Positions 11,682-22,630 of a stretch of DNA of 56,871 nucleotides are shown here, in pieces. The notes under the pieces are model-generated. The model did no database searches and was not told the DNA's origin. It saw nothing but the letters and a program-made list of their open reading frames with translations. The stretch is from Prorocentrum cordatum (Eukaryota). Both the position numbers and the translations under genes were made by a program. Position 1 is the stretch's first letter. Every line of letters starts with the position of its first letter. The stretch lies in assembly GCA_963575745.1 (NCBI GenBank), contig CAUYUJ010000060.1:62001-118871 (forward strand), in the 5' to 3' direction.

Positions 11682-12530
11682 ATGCCTACCGTCTTCGCCA
11701 AGCCCGCTGCCGCCCCCAGCGTCATGCGCAGGCCAGCTGGCAACGCGGTCCTCGACACGTCCGTGCCGGTGCGCGCGCAGCCCGACGTTGGGGACCGCAT
11801 CCGCGCGTCCCTGTACACGGTGAACGTCACGATCGAGATGGTCGACACGCCGACGAAGGCCAACGCGGGTTCTCGCCTCGCGCTGTCCGACGGCATCAGC
11901 ATGCGCAGCGGGGCCCCCGCCAACCGCCACGGCCTCACCACTACAGTGAAGAGGGCCACCGACCTGCTGAAGTTGAACCAGCCACCCAACGGAGTATGCG
12001 TTTCCGCTGAAGGGCTCCAGCCACCGCAGGCCGGGCATAACCCTACCTCCGGGAGGAGTTGGGCCTGGGTGGTGGCCGCCTATGGCGACAGCGCCAGAGC
12101 CGCCTCCCTCGCCACGGAGTACGTGGCGACCCGCGCCGTCGACATCATCACCCACTGCTTCTTGAAGGCCGACCTCCACGTCCCGGCGACTGACACCCAG
12201 TGCGCCTGGTCCGCCAAGTCCACGCTGCTGAACAATCGGGTGTCCATCCGCCGCACGGGCTCCATGACGAATGGCCAGACGTACGAGCTCAACGACCTGA
12301 TCAATTTCGTCTACACGATCCACCCGAACGTCCCGCCCAAGGTGGCCCGCGCACTCAAGGACTTCTTCGACGCGTACCCGTCCATCATCACGGAGGGTGC
12401 AGGCCCGGCCCTCGTAGGCCCCGCCTCCACGACCGTGCACCACAGCACTTCCGCTGCGGCCGCAGCGCCGAAGCGCGGGGTGAAGCGGCCCCCGGCGCCC
12501 AGCGCGGCGAAGAAGGCCAAGAAGCGCTGA
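11682..12530 (+). CDS. Helitron cargo ORF, 282 aa, unknown function, basic NLS-like C-terminus
   Basis: ATG-started intact ORF with visibly G/C-ending codons and non-repetitive protein sequence. It ends PKRGVKRPPAPSAAKKAKKR and lies 255 nt downstream of RepHel on the same strand. Confidence 0.75.
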   Translation: MPTVFAKPAAAPSVMRRPAGNAVLDTSVPVRAQPDVGDRIRASLYTVNVTIEMVDTPTKANAGSRLALSDGISMRSGAPANRHGLTTTVKRATDLLKLNQPPNGVCVSAEGLQPPQAGHNPTSGRSWAWVVAAYGDSARAASLATEYVATRAVDIITHCFLKADLHVPATDTQCAWSAKSTLLNNRVSIRRTGSMTNGQTYELNDLINFVYTIHPNVPPKVARALKDFFDAYPSIITEGAGPALVGPASTTVHHSTSAAAAAPKRGVKRPPAPSAAKKAKKR

Positions 12531-12634
12531 TGCTCCAGGCCCAGGCAACTCCAGCGCAAGTTTTTGAATGCCGCGCTGGCTCCCCGTAGCCCGCCGCGTT
12601 GCGCGGGCTGTCATTTTCGTGAGTTCTTGCGGTT

Positions 12635-12920
12635 CCCGCTCGAAAACCTTGCCCCCGCGTCGCGGCCCATTACGGTTCTGCCGCGCGCCCGCTGGCACTT
12701 CTTTGCTTCGCGATTCCCTTATTCAGCAGACTTCCACGTTTTGCAAATCTACGCCCCTGGGTTCGCCCAGTGTATTTTTCCATATATTCGCAGCCAAAAA
12801 CCGAGTGTCAAAAAATCGGGCCCCCAAGGCGTATTTCTTGACATCCCGGTTTCGCACCCGCGCCTCAGCGAAACGGACATTTTGTGCCCCCCAACGATAC
12901 CGTGGATGTCTGATTTAAAC
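12635..12920 (+). repeat. Diverged paralog of the RepHel intron interior
   Basis: Shares colinear blocks with 8314-8590: cgcgcccgc..gcac, gcagacttccac, tgggt.c.ccca.tgtat, caaaaaa, ttgaca.ccc, cccgcgcctc.gc.aaacg.ac.ttt, gtc.gattt. Confidence 0.75.
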
Positions 12921-15858
12921 CGTGCTTCATATTTGATCATCCCCTTCACGACTCATATTTCGGCCCCGCCTTTTCTTCTGATATTTTTGTTTGTTTTTTC
13001 TTTTTTTTATTTGGTCTCTTATGTTGTTTTCTTTTTTGGTTTTGTATTCGGTTTTTTTTGTTTGTTTCCGTCATTATGAGGCCTGTTTAGTTCTTACTTC
13101 TCTCTTCTTGGGGGTGTTTTTTTGTTTTTTTCTGCTGAGCCTCGTCTCTGCTTTTGGTGTCTTTCAGCGGAAGACGGCGTCGACCTCAGAAGGGAATCAT
13201 CGCCGGTCGTCCTTCGTCCGTCGTCGTCTCCCTGTCCCTGGCCCTGTCATCCCCTTCCGGGGCATACGGCCTCGCGCATCCACAACCGTCCGCTAACATC
13301 CTGCCGCTCCAGAGGCAACCGTGCGAACGGTTTCATCCGTATCCCACCTCTTCTTCTTCGTCGTCCTCACCCTCTACCTCCTTCCCCTGCCTCCACCTCA
13401 TGCCCCCTCCTCTTCCTCGTGCCTCCTCTTCCTCCCGCCACCTCCAACTCCTCCTGTCACCTCCGCTGTTTCTTGCTGCGTTTCCACTTGCGTCAACCAG
13501 CCAGATCTTTCTCCCCGGACCCGCCCCCCAGGCCCCCATGAGAGCCCACAGGACCCCAAAGGACAACACAGGACTTCACAGGTTGCCACCGCACGCAACA
13601 AGCTTTTCAGTGGGTTGTCTTCCGATTCGGCAAGACCGCGCGTCCCCTTACAAAATATCGCCGGGCATGTACTTCTCTTCTGCCCTTGACACCCCCGCCT
13701 CCTTCAATCACTTGCGTGTAATCAAAGCGCATCGTACACTAACGATCCACCCGGAAGCGTCATTGCCTCTTCGCCTTCTCGCCAATATTTTCGACGGCTT
13801 TTCTCGCTCGGCCGTCACGTTTTGCCGAGATCGGTCTTCCGCGCCAAGCAACACCCCCGCACATTATGCGTTGAATCCCCGCCTCCGTCAGACAGGATCG
13901 GAATGCGCCCAGAGCTATTGCATCCTTTCGGTGTGCCCTACTCGCACACCGCCCTTTAGACCCCACGAGCATTGCATCCATACCGCAAGTCTGGCTTGCG
14001 CATGTCGAATGTTCTTGAAGTGGCTTCCGCCATTCCGCCGCCCCCCAGAAGAACTTCCGACCATCGTGGAAGATGCATGCTGGCCATCGGCCCCGCCCGC
14101 CATTGTGCCTGGGCTGTGGGAGATACCACGTTGGGGCATACAAGAGTCGTTGTAGATGCCTTTCAAGGCCCTCTGGAGGACGCTAGGGAACATCTGGATA
14201 ACGCTTATGAGAGTTATTCCAGGTCCCTGGAGGCCTCTTCCGGCACCTCGATACCTTCTTGAGGTCCTTCGGGGCGCCTCCGGGGCCTCTGCAAGGCTCG
14301 AGGACCCGTTTTAGGACAGATAGCTCCTCATGTGAAGTCGTCTTCTTCTCTTTCGCCCCTCTAGCATCCTCTTGGGCCGCTTTGGGATATTTGGACATCT
14401 CTAGAGCTCCTCTTCGACCCCCAAAAAGGGATGCAATACACTGCAGGGACGCCCACTCATCTCACACACCTTTGCGCACCTACCCAGCAGAGTTGAGCGG
14501 ATCTCACACACATTCCGAATGTGACTCCGGAGCCATCTGGGTCGAGCGTTTCAGCCCCTGTCTCCTTCCATCATCTTTCGCATTTCGACCTGCTGTGCCA
14601 TCGAGCGCTTTGCGCAAGCCCTCCGCCACCCCATCACATTGCGTCTGGCACTCGAGAAGAACCCTAAAGACCCCTACCAGCCTAACGATCCCGTCAGGAC
14701 CTCGCACCATGTTACAGAACCACACAACAAAAACACTTCTCACTGGAACATCAAAACCCCACACGCCCCACAGCACTCTACAGGGCCCCTCTGGACCTCC
14801 CAGGCTCCAATCGGAGAACACAAGACCCTTCAAGCCTTCCAGGCCCCGACAAGCTCACCGTACTTCCCAATACCCACACACACCTTTCGCACCCTACGGG
14901 ACGCCACAGGACCGCATAGGACAACAATGATTCCAAAGCACCCCAATATTACCTGACGCCCCACCGGACCTCACTGAACCGTGTGCCCCATCACAGGCAT
15001 CAAAAACCCAACGCGCGTCCACATGATCTCATCACGCCACGCGGGAGACCGCAGGACCGAACACGACTGCAGAACCCAAACGTGCCCACATAGAACACCA
15101 AGGTGCCCCCCAGAACACCAACGATCACCCACAAAACTAGACCCCGCCAGACCCCACCGAAGTTTCAGTCCCGACGAATCCCACAAAAGCCGACAGGATT
15201 CCGTAAGACCCCAGAACCTCGACGCGACCACAAAAACACCAAGGTCGCCCCCACGACATTTCAAACCTACATCTTGCAAAGCTTCCGAAGTCCACACAGG
15301 ACCACGCAGCCGAAGTGAGAACCCGGCGAACTCAAGACCCCCAAAACCGAGAATGCACCCGACTATACCCAATAAGACCTTTCCGGACCCCACAGACCCC
15401 GCACACCTTTTCGCGGAGCAGATGTTTCTCCACTGGCGGCCACGCCGTCACGAGACAACACCATCTCTTATATACTTTAGGGCGCTGCCTCTGGGTGCGT
15501 GGAGTCGTGCCTCTCAGCCCCTGTCTCCTCATCCGCGTTGTTACCTCCACTTCCTCCATATCGGCTCTCCGCTGTACCATCCAGACTGTTAGGTCACCTC
15601 CTCCGCCGTAATCCCACCCTGTCCTTTCGTTGCTCTCCCTCTCTTTATCTTCCACCCTCTGCTCACTTCTCTCCGTCATCGCCGCTCCGCGCACCTACCC
15701 CCTACACCACGCGCCTCTTGCACTTCACCCCGCTCCCTTCCCATAATCGAACAATCCTCTCCCGTCCTTCCTTCTCCCGCGTCTGCTACGCTCCTTCTCC
15801 TACTGTTTCGCACGCCTGTGGCCCTTCTTCGGGTTGGCGACGATCCCATTCGACAGCG

Positions 15859-17319
15859 ATGCTGGACTCCAACGAGCAAAAATCAATACGGTCAGCCTCG
15901 TCTGAGGGCGTACTGGGCGTTGTTTGCGACAAAGACCTTCTCACGCATTGGCATTTGATGTTGCCCTGCCGCAGTTGTATGAGTTACGCTGCGTACAAAG
16001 ATATGTCTCACTTCCCCATCTGTTTTCTCGACGGCAGCTGTTCTTACAAAAAACACGACCGCGACATTTTCTTGAACGCCGTGCAAAAACGGAAGAATGG
16101 ACGAAGAGACATGCACCATTGGATTCCGATAGACAAGTTGCCTGAAGCATTCCACCTACCCAAACTCGCAGACACCATCCAGCCCGAAGTGGACCATGAT
16201 TTCCGCACGCGGAAGCTGAATCACTTTCATCCGATCCTTGACAATACAAGCGCCACCAAGCACTACCTACTGATGGCGAATAAGAAGCAACCCTTGACGA
16301 CGTTGGCGCTGTTCATTTTTATGTCTACTTTGTACCTTAATGAGGGCCACTACCTGGTCACGGTCTTAGCCGTTTATCACTGGTTAGCGCACCAGAAGCA
16401 ATCTCGACAAGAAATCGTCGCCAGCAGCGCTGCCCGGGACAAGCTCCAAAGCCGCCTCCTGGACGTTCGACGGCACATGTCCGCAGACGAAAAACTACCT
16501 GCCTTGATCTCCACAGACGCCTACAATGTGCAGCGCTTCTATGATGCTTTGGTGCTTTGTGAGACTCTGTACGGACGACAGCCAGATGCCGGCTACCACT
16601 TGCCGAGCTTCACGCCCGGCGACGATTCGAAACAGTTGTTGGGCGAAGGCGTTGGCACCAAGCCCCACCGCGTGGCTGTTCGCATGCATCACATGGCCCA
16701 GACCTTGACGGAACACCAGGCTACCCTGAACGGTAGCCCTGTGCTCATGGTTCAGATGACGAAGACGCTTCTCGCCACCCACGCTTCGTGGCTCCCGTAC
16801 CAAGCTCAACTGGTGTATAAACGATTCTTTGAGAGTTCATTCGGCACACTCAATTGGCACCAATCAATTATGTCTGAGCTCACATTTATGGAACACGTCG
16901 GAGACGGTGACTTCTACTTTTTGAGACACCTGTGCCCGGCGGCCTTCGACATGTACAATGCTCTCGCTGATAGGGAACCCACTGATAGTGGCAAAAGAAC
17001 AGTGGCTGCCAACGTCACGCAAGCAGAAAGGGAGCTTGGCCGCACGCTGGTGCAGATGCTGACGTCGCGGCAACACTCCATGGGCCTGCATTGCCGCGTT
17101 AACGCGTTGTTGGGCATGGACCTCATGGATTTTGATGAGACACAATACACGATCTGTGAGAATCGAACTTTCCTGTGGGGGTCCCGCATGCGCAAGAAAA
17201 TGGCGACAGACACGTGGCTCCACCAAATGCGCTCCGCGCACAGATCCTGGCACAGAGAAACCCTACTCCCCTTCGTGTGGGGGGCCGTGGCCTTGCGCGA
17301 CGGCAAGCGTTCGAGGTGA
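15859..17319 (+). CDS. Helitron cargo ORF, 486 aa, candidate aGPT-PPlase1 / 5-hmdU DNA kinase helical-domain homolog
   Basis: Intact ATG-started ORF with complex sequence. Ordered motifs DHDFRTRKLNHFHPILDNTS (16192), STDAY (16510), GVGTKPHR (16648), PYQAQ, SELTFMEHVGDGDFYFLRHLC (16873) and QYTICENRTF (17143) parallel the family consensus as I recall it. Coding status is likely; the family call is tentative. Confidence 0.6.
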   Translation: MLDSNEQKSIRSASSEGVLGVVCDKDLLTHWHLMLPCRSCMSYAAYKDMSHFPICFLDGSCSYKKHDRDIFLNAVQKRKNGRRDMHHWIPIDKLPEAFHLPKLADTIQPEVDHDFRTRKLNHFHPILDNTSATKHYLLMANKKQPLTTLALFIFMSTLYLNEGHYLVTVLAVYHWLAHQKQSRQEIVASSAARDKLQSRLLDVRRHMSADEKLPALISTDAYNVQRFYDALVLCETLYGRQPDAGYHLPSFTPGDDSKQLLGEGVGTKPHRVAVRMHHMAQTLTEHQATLNGSPVLMVQMTKTLLATHASWLPYQAQLVYKRFFESSFGTLNWHQSIMSELTFMEHVGDGDFYFLRHLCPAAFDMYNALADREPTDSGKRTVAANVTQAERELGRTLVQMLTSRQHSMGLHCRVNALLGMDLMDFDETQYTICENRTFLWGSRMRKKMATDTWLHQMRSAHRSWHRETLLPFVWGAVALRDGKRSR

Positions 17320-17626
17320 TCCTATTGTCTTTCCTGTGAGCCACGCCTGTCTAGACTTCCGACCCCGCCTGCTTACGCCAACGCCGTTGCTGTTCGTGGG
17401 GCCACCGTGCCATCGCTTTCTCTTCGCAAGAAAAGTCACTCCTCATCCTTCTCCTCCTCCTCCGCCTCCTCTCCCATCCCCTCGCCCTCGTCGTCGCCGT
17501 CGCCGCCCCCAAACCGCCCTACCCAACCTGTAGTCTAGGCGACGAAGACAGGTCGCCGGGGGCAGGGCCTGCGGCGAGCGCGACGGGAGCGCCCGCGCTT
17601 GCCGTCTCATCGACGAAGCCATGGGC

Positions 17627-17666
17627 CAAGATTTAAGGCGAAGCGGAGCGAGCCTTCAAAATCTTG
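17627..17666 (+). other. Candidate Helitron 3' terminal hairpin
   Basis: caagattt-aaggc-(gaagcggagcga)-gcctt-ca-aaatcttg, followed by T and TA-rich sequence. Confidence 0.6.
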
Positions 17667-17694
17667 TATATGTATATACACATACATACAGATA

Positions 17695-17891
17695 CTAGAA
17701 CCACGCGCGCGCTTTGCGCGCGCTTAGGTTCTAGCTCGGCTTCACGGTCGAACTTTGAAGACCTCTACTTTGTGGCAAATGCCTCTGGGGCACCCAAGAA
17801 CTACGCCAACGGCCCATGGGACTTCAAAGACCTCCTGAGGCCATCCCACAGCGACCTAAGAATGGGCCAAGAAGTCGTCGTCGTCGTAGAA
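17695..17891 (-). mobile_element. Candidate short non-autonomous Helitron, tail-to-tail with the large one
   Basis: The minus strand ends gcgcgcgcaaagcgcgcgc-gtggtt-CTAG|T (GC hairpin plus CTAG-T) and begins TTCTAC near 17891. TA/CA microsatellite flanks both sides. Confidence 0.5.
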
Positions 17892-18077
17892 CTGTGTATG
17901 TATAAGCATATGTAAATGTATATGCATGTGTAAATGTATGTGTGTAGGTGTATGTACATGTGTGTAGATATGTGTATAGTTTCAAATGTATATGTGTAAG
18001 TACACGTAAATGTATGTGCATGTGTATACAAATATATATATATATATATATATAGATATCTGTACATACATATAGTC

Positions 18078-19060
18078 GGCCCTTGGGCCGTCTTGGCGCC
18101 CTCTTGGGCTATCTTGGGGGCCTCTTGGGAGCGTCTGCGGTTCGCTTGGGGAACTCCTGGGGACCTCTTGGACAGTCTTCGAAGCCGTGAAGGCCCCAAA
18201 ATGGTGTACGTTTCGCCTACAGGAATGTAGCGAACTCGGTCTCTTGGGATCCTCTTGGGAGTGCTCTTGGAGGCCTCTTGGGACGACTCGGAGCCTTCTT
18301 GGACCTCCTTGGGGCCATCTTGGGCAGTCTTGGGCGCCTCGGGGCCTTCTTGGGCCTTCTCGGAGCCCGTATTGGGGCTACCTTGGGGCGACTTGGGCCG
18401 CCCTGGGGCCGTCTCTTGCCCCCCCCCCTCTTGGGCTGTCTTGAGGGCCTCTTGGGAACGTCTTGGGCTCTCTTGGGCAAGTCTTGGGAGCCGCTTGGGC
18501 CGTCGTCGAAGCCGTGAAGGCCGAAAAGTCGCATACGATAGAAATGCACGTCGTCCTCAAGAATTCAACGAGTGTGGCGTCTTGGGGCCCTCCTGGGGCT
18601 GCTCTTGGAAGCCTCTTGGGACGCCTCGGAGCCTTCTTGAACCGTCTCGGGGCCATCTTGGGCCGTCTCGGGCGACTCGGGGCCTTCTTGGGCCGTCTTA
18701 GGCGCCGTCGTGGGGCCAACTTGGCCGTCTTAGGCGGCCCTGGGGCCGTCTTGGCGCCCTTTGGGGCTGGCTCGGTGGGCTCTTGGGAACGGCTTGGGCT
18801 GTCTTGGGGAAGTCTTGGGATCCTCTTGGACCGTCTTGAAAGCCGCGAAAGGAAAACTCGTACATGCTAAAAATGTGCGTGTCCCCATTGGAATGTAATG
18901 ATTTGGGCCTCTCGGGTCCCTCTTTGGGAGTGCTCTGGGAGTCCTCCCTGGGCCGTATTGGGCAGCTCGGGACCTCCTTGCACCGTCTTGGGGGCTTCTT
19001 GGAACCCTCTTGGCTCGTTTTGGCACCCTCTTGGCCTCTCCGGGCCGCCTCTGGGGAGCG
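18078..19060. repeat. Degenerate tandem array (~330-bp period) built from ~11-bp GGGCCTCTTGG subrepeats
   Basis: An aagccg(t/c)gaa anchor recurs at about 18182, 18509 and 18840. Confidence 0.75.
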
Positions 19061-20639
19061 AGCGCAACGGGGGGAGTAGCGGCGGGCTTCCGCCGACAGT
19101 GGCGGGGTCGGCGGGCCCAGGCTGGGAGGGGGGGGGGACACTTGTTCATATGATAAATGATCCACATGTGATCCTGGAGAGGAGGAGGAGGAGGAGGAGG
19201 AGGAGGAGGAGAAGGAGGAGGAGGAGGAGGAGGAGGAGGAGGAGAGAGCCTCTTGGGATCCATATGTGATCCTGGATCGAGAGTTCACAGCCCCCCCCTC
19301 AGATGGGATGGGCCCCAGGATTCCACGGCCACCCCCCAGGTGGGATGGGGGGCGGCAGCGTCGGCATCGGCTGGATCACACGTGCCCTCGCGAGCTGGAC
19401 ACCGAGGCGCGACTCCATGGCTGCGCAGGGACACGCTCCGAGCAGGGCGTTCGCGCAGAGCCGCCATGTATCCCAATGGGGTCGCGGCCAGATCGATATG
19501 CGACGGCGACAAGGCCCAGCGTTGAATAGCAGAGGCGGGAGCCAGGGGGGAAGCTGGCGCCCCGCCGCGAGGGCCCGCGGAGGCAGACCCTGGGCCAAGC
19601 AAGGAGGCCCGCCGCCGTTGTCTCCTCGCGGCGAGTGGAGTACCCATACCGTCGGGGCGTGGACCTTAAGGAGCCCAAAATGAGGAACGAGGCCCCTAGA
19701 CAGCCCAAGAGGAAGCCGAGAGAGGCCCCAGAGGCCCCCTGGACAATGCAAGAGGGCCCCGACTCGCCGAAACATCGCTCGAACCGCCCAAGATGCCCCG
19801 AAGACAGTTCCGGAAACCTCCAAGACGTCCCCAAGTCTCACCCCCCCTGGATCGGCGGCACTGGCCGGAGGCCAGCCCAATAAGGAACGAGGCCCCTTTT
19901 CTCCAGAAGTTAACCTTCGACTTCCCATCGAAGACCTAGGGAAAACCTGAGGCAAACTGTGAAACGATCAAAGGAACACCGAGCCCCTCCCCAACGAACA
20001 GGGCTCCTTCTCCAGCGCCCCGACTGTACCGCTTCTCCTCGGACCTCCCCCAGGGCGCGTTCGGACCACCAGCCCTTCGAGGCGAACCCGGCCGCGGCGA
20101 CGGGGGTCTCTCGGGAGGCCCGAGGAGGCGAAAGCGAGGCAAAGGCAGCGGTGTCAGCACCCGTCCCTCATCCGAGGAGCGGCAGCGGCGGGAGCCCGAG
20201 GGAGACGGCGGACGCACAACGCTCGGCGCGGGAGCTGCTCTGCTGCGCGTGGAGGCGTCCGCTGCCCGAGCTCCTCGGGGTGCCACCGCAGGGCGGCCAG
20301 CGCGCTGTCGATGGCCTCCCAAGGGGGTGGGCACTGCCTCCCTCATTCTGCTGCTGCTGCTGCTGCTCCTCCTCCTCCTCTTCCTCCTCCTTCTCGTGGT
20401 CCTCCTCCTCCTCCTCCTCCTCCTTCTCCTCCTCCTCCTCCTCCTCCTCCTCCTCCTCCACCTCCTCTCCCTCCTCCTCCTCCTCCTCCTCATCGTGCTC
20501 CTCCTCCTCCTCTTCCTCCTCCTCCTCCTCCTCCTCCTCCTCCCACTACTTCTCTCACTCCTCCTCCCGCTCCTTCCTTCTTCCTCTTGTTCCTCTTATT
20601 CCTCTTATTCCTCCGTCTCCTTGTCCGCCCCCGCCTTCT

Positions 20640-21270
20640 CCACCTCATCGTTCTCAAAATGTGTACCTCGTCTCAGCGCCGCGAACGTCGTCGTAAACAT
20701 GTGCATGAGCTTCTCGGACGGAAGGCGGGTCGTTTCCAATATGTGGTTCTCACATTCGCGCGACGCATACTCCTCTTCAACAGCTGCATGAGTTTCACGG
20801 GTGGAGGGCGGTTCCTTTTCAAAATGTGGCCCTCGCTTTAGCACCGCGCACATTCGTCTTAACAGCCTACACATGCTTCAAGGATCCTCATGGCTGACGT
20901 CCCAGAAATGGTATTTTGTGCGATTTAGGATAGCCAAGGCGCGACAGTCACGTTGATTCGCCGTGTTGACGTCCCAGAGATGATGTCCTGCCGCGACTTA
21001 GGGTCGTCAGGTCGCAACAGGAACGTTTGTTCGCAGCGTTGAAATATAAGGCGTGGTGCTCCGGCTCGGTTGCCGACTTCCAGACGAGTGTCTTCCAGAC
21101 GGTTGCCGTGCCAAGCATCATCGCGAGCCCAAATCCCACTGCGCAGGCTGCAGAAACTGATCCCCAGGGCAACTCGCCAAGCTCTGTCACGTGTTCTCGC
21201 GAAGGCCGGGCCCGCTGCTTTGAATATGTAAGACAAGTGCGAGGGGTGCCGGGATCGAGAAGAATCGAGA
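20640..21270 (+). repeat. Repeat family C copy with degenerate 83-bp internal units
   Basis: cagcgccgcg..catt units are followed by gacgtcccagaaatggt and gggtcgtcagg.cgcaacag, as in the copies at 21600 and 29865. Confidence 0.65.
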
Positions 21271-21599
21271 TCGTACTTCGTCCCAGGCTTGCGTTGCTCG
21301 CTCGCTCGCTCGCCACTCGGGCTGACAGAGCCACGATTGAAGCTGAGCCGCCCTCTAGTGATGAGGGCATGGCCTTGTTCCTCATCCTCCTCCTCCTCCT
21401 CCTCCTCCTGTTCCTCCTCCTCCATCTTGCTTCCTGCTCTTCCTGCTCCTCTTCCTGCTCCTCCTCCTCCTCTTCCGCTCCTCCTCCTCCTCCTCCTCCT
21501 CTTCTTATTCCTGCTCCTGCTCCTGGTCCTCCTCCTCCTCCTCCTCCTCCTCCTCCTCCTCCTCCTCCTCCTCCTCCTCCTCCTCCTCCTCCTCCTCCT

Positions 21600-22630
21600 C
21601 CCTGTCTGTCGCACCCCGAGATGTGTCGGCGGGGCGGGCCAGGCGTTTCGCCTGCGACTTCCTCACCACGTACGATCCTGAAGCTGATAACTGTTTAGAA
21701 TACCTTCACGGATGGAAGGCGGGCCGTTTCATTACGTGGCTCTGGCCTGAGCGCCGCGCACAATCCTCTTTAAGCTTGCCAGAATTTCACGGATGCTGAC
21801 CGGGTCGTTTGCAAAAAGCGGCTCTCGCAGTGGCGCCGCGCACATGCGTCTTGAAGATTGCAGGATTTCACAAGTGGACGGCGGCTCCATTTCAAGATAT
21901 GGCTCTCACCTCCGCACCGCGCATATTCCTCTCTTCAAAGTTTACAAGATTATTCTGGATGGCGGGCGGGTCATTTTCAAAATGTGGCTCTCCCTTCAGC
22001 GCCGCGCACGTTCGCCTGGAAAATTTGCAACAACTGCACGGGTTGAGAGTGGGCCATTTGCAAAATGAGTCTCTCGCATTAGCACCGCGCACAGACGTTT
22101 TGAAAGCTTACAAGACCTCCACGGATAAAAGGCGGGCTCCTTTTCCAAATGTGGCTCTCGCCTTAGCGCCGCACGCATTCGCCTTTGAAGTTTACAAGAG
22201 CTTCCCGGATATAGCTCTCTCTCTCTCTCTCTCTCTCTCTTCAGCGCCGCGCACATTCGTTTTAACACTTGCAAGAGTCTCGCAGATGGAGGACGCATAA
22301 TTTTCAAAACGTGACTCTCGCATCAGCGCCGCGCACATTCGTCTTCGAAGCTTATAACAACTCAACGGATTCGGAGTGTGGACGTCGCAGAAGTGGTGTT
22401 ATGGCACAGCTTAGGACTGTCAGGGCGCAACAATCACGTTGATTCGCAGTTTCGAAGTCCCAGGAATGGTTGTCTGGCACGATGCAGGGTCGTCAGGACG
22501 CAACAGTAAAATTGATTCACGACGTTGTAACCCCAGAGGTGGTGTTCTGGCACGATCGAACGTTCTCAGACGGTTATCCTGCAACGGTGCACTGCCAGCA
22601 GTGCAAATAAATCCATGCAGGGACCTATGA
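21600..22630 (+). repeat. Repeat family C copy (about 7 degenerate 83-bp units)
   Basis: Head ctgtcgcac...gcgtttcgcctg.gacttcctcacca, then repeated gtggctctcgc..agcgccgcgcacattcg. Confidence 0.8.

Larger units (their letters stand above)
4628..17666 (+). mobile_element. Autonomous-type Helitron (~13 kb) carrying RepHel and two cargo ORFs
   Basis: Contains a RepHel ORF. The candidate 5' end is A|TTCCTTTATCCTATAAAA at 4628 (or A|TC at 4636), directly after a TA microsatellite. The candidate 3' end is hairpin 17627-17666 ending CTTG|T, followed by TA/CA microsatellite. No TSD. The boundaries are inferred. Confidence 0.7.

Noticed and set aside
11028..12698. 556-aa minus-strand ORF
   Set aside because: It is the antisense shadow of the GC3-rich plus-strand ORF and the T-tract.
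13154..14155. 333-aa ORF inside the Helitron
   Set aside because: It has a low-complexity start, no recognisable motif and no evident codon bias. It cannot be excluded without homologs.
15499..15858. Upstream extension of the 606-aa ORF
   Set aside because: It uses a non-ATG start through pyrimidine-rich low-complexity sequence. The ATG at 15859 is more plausible.
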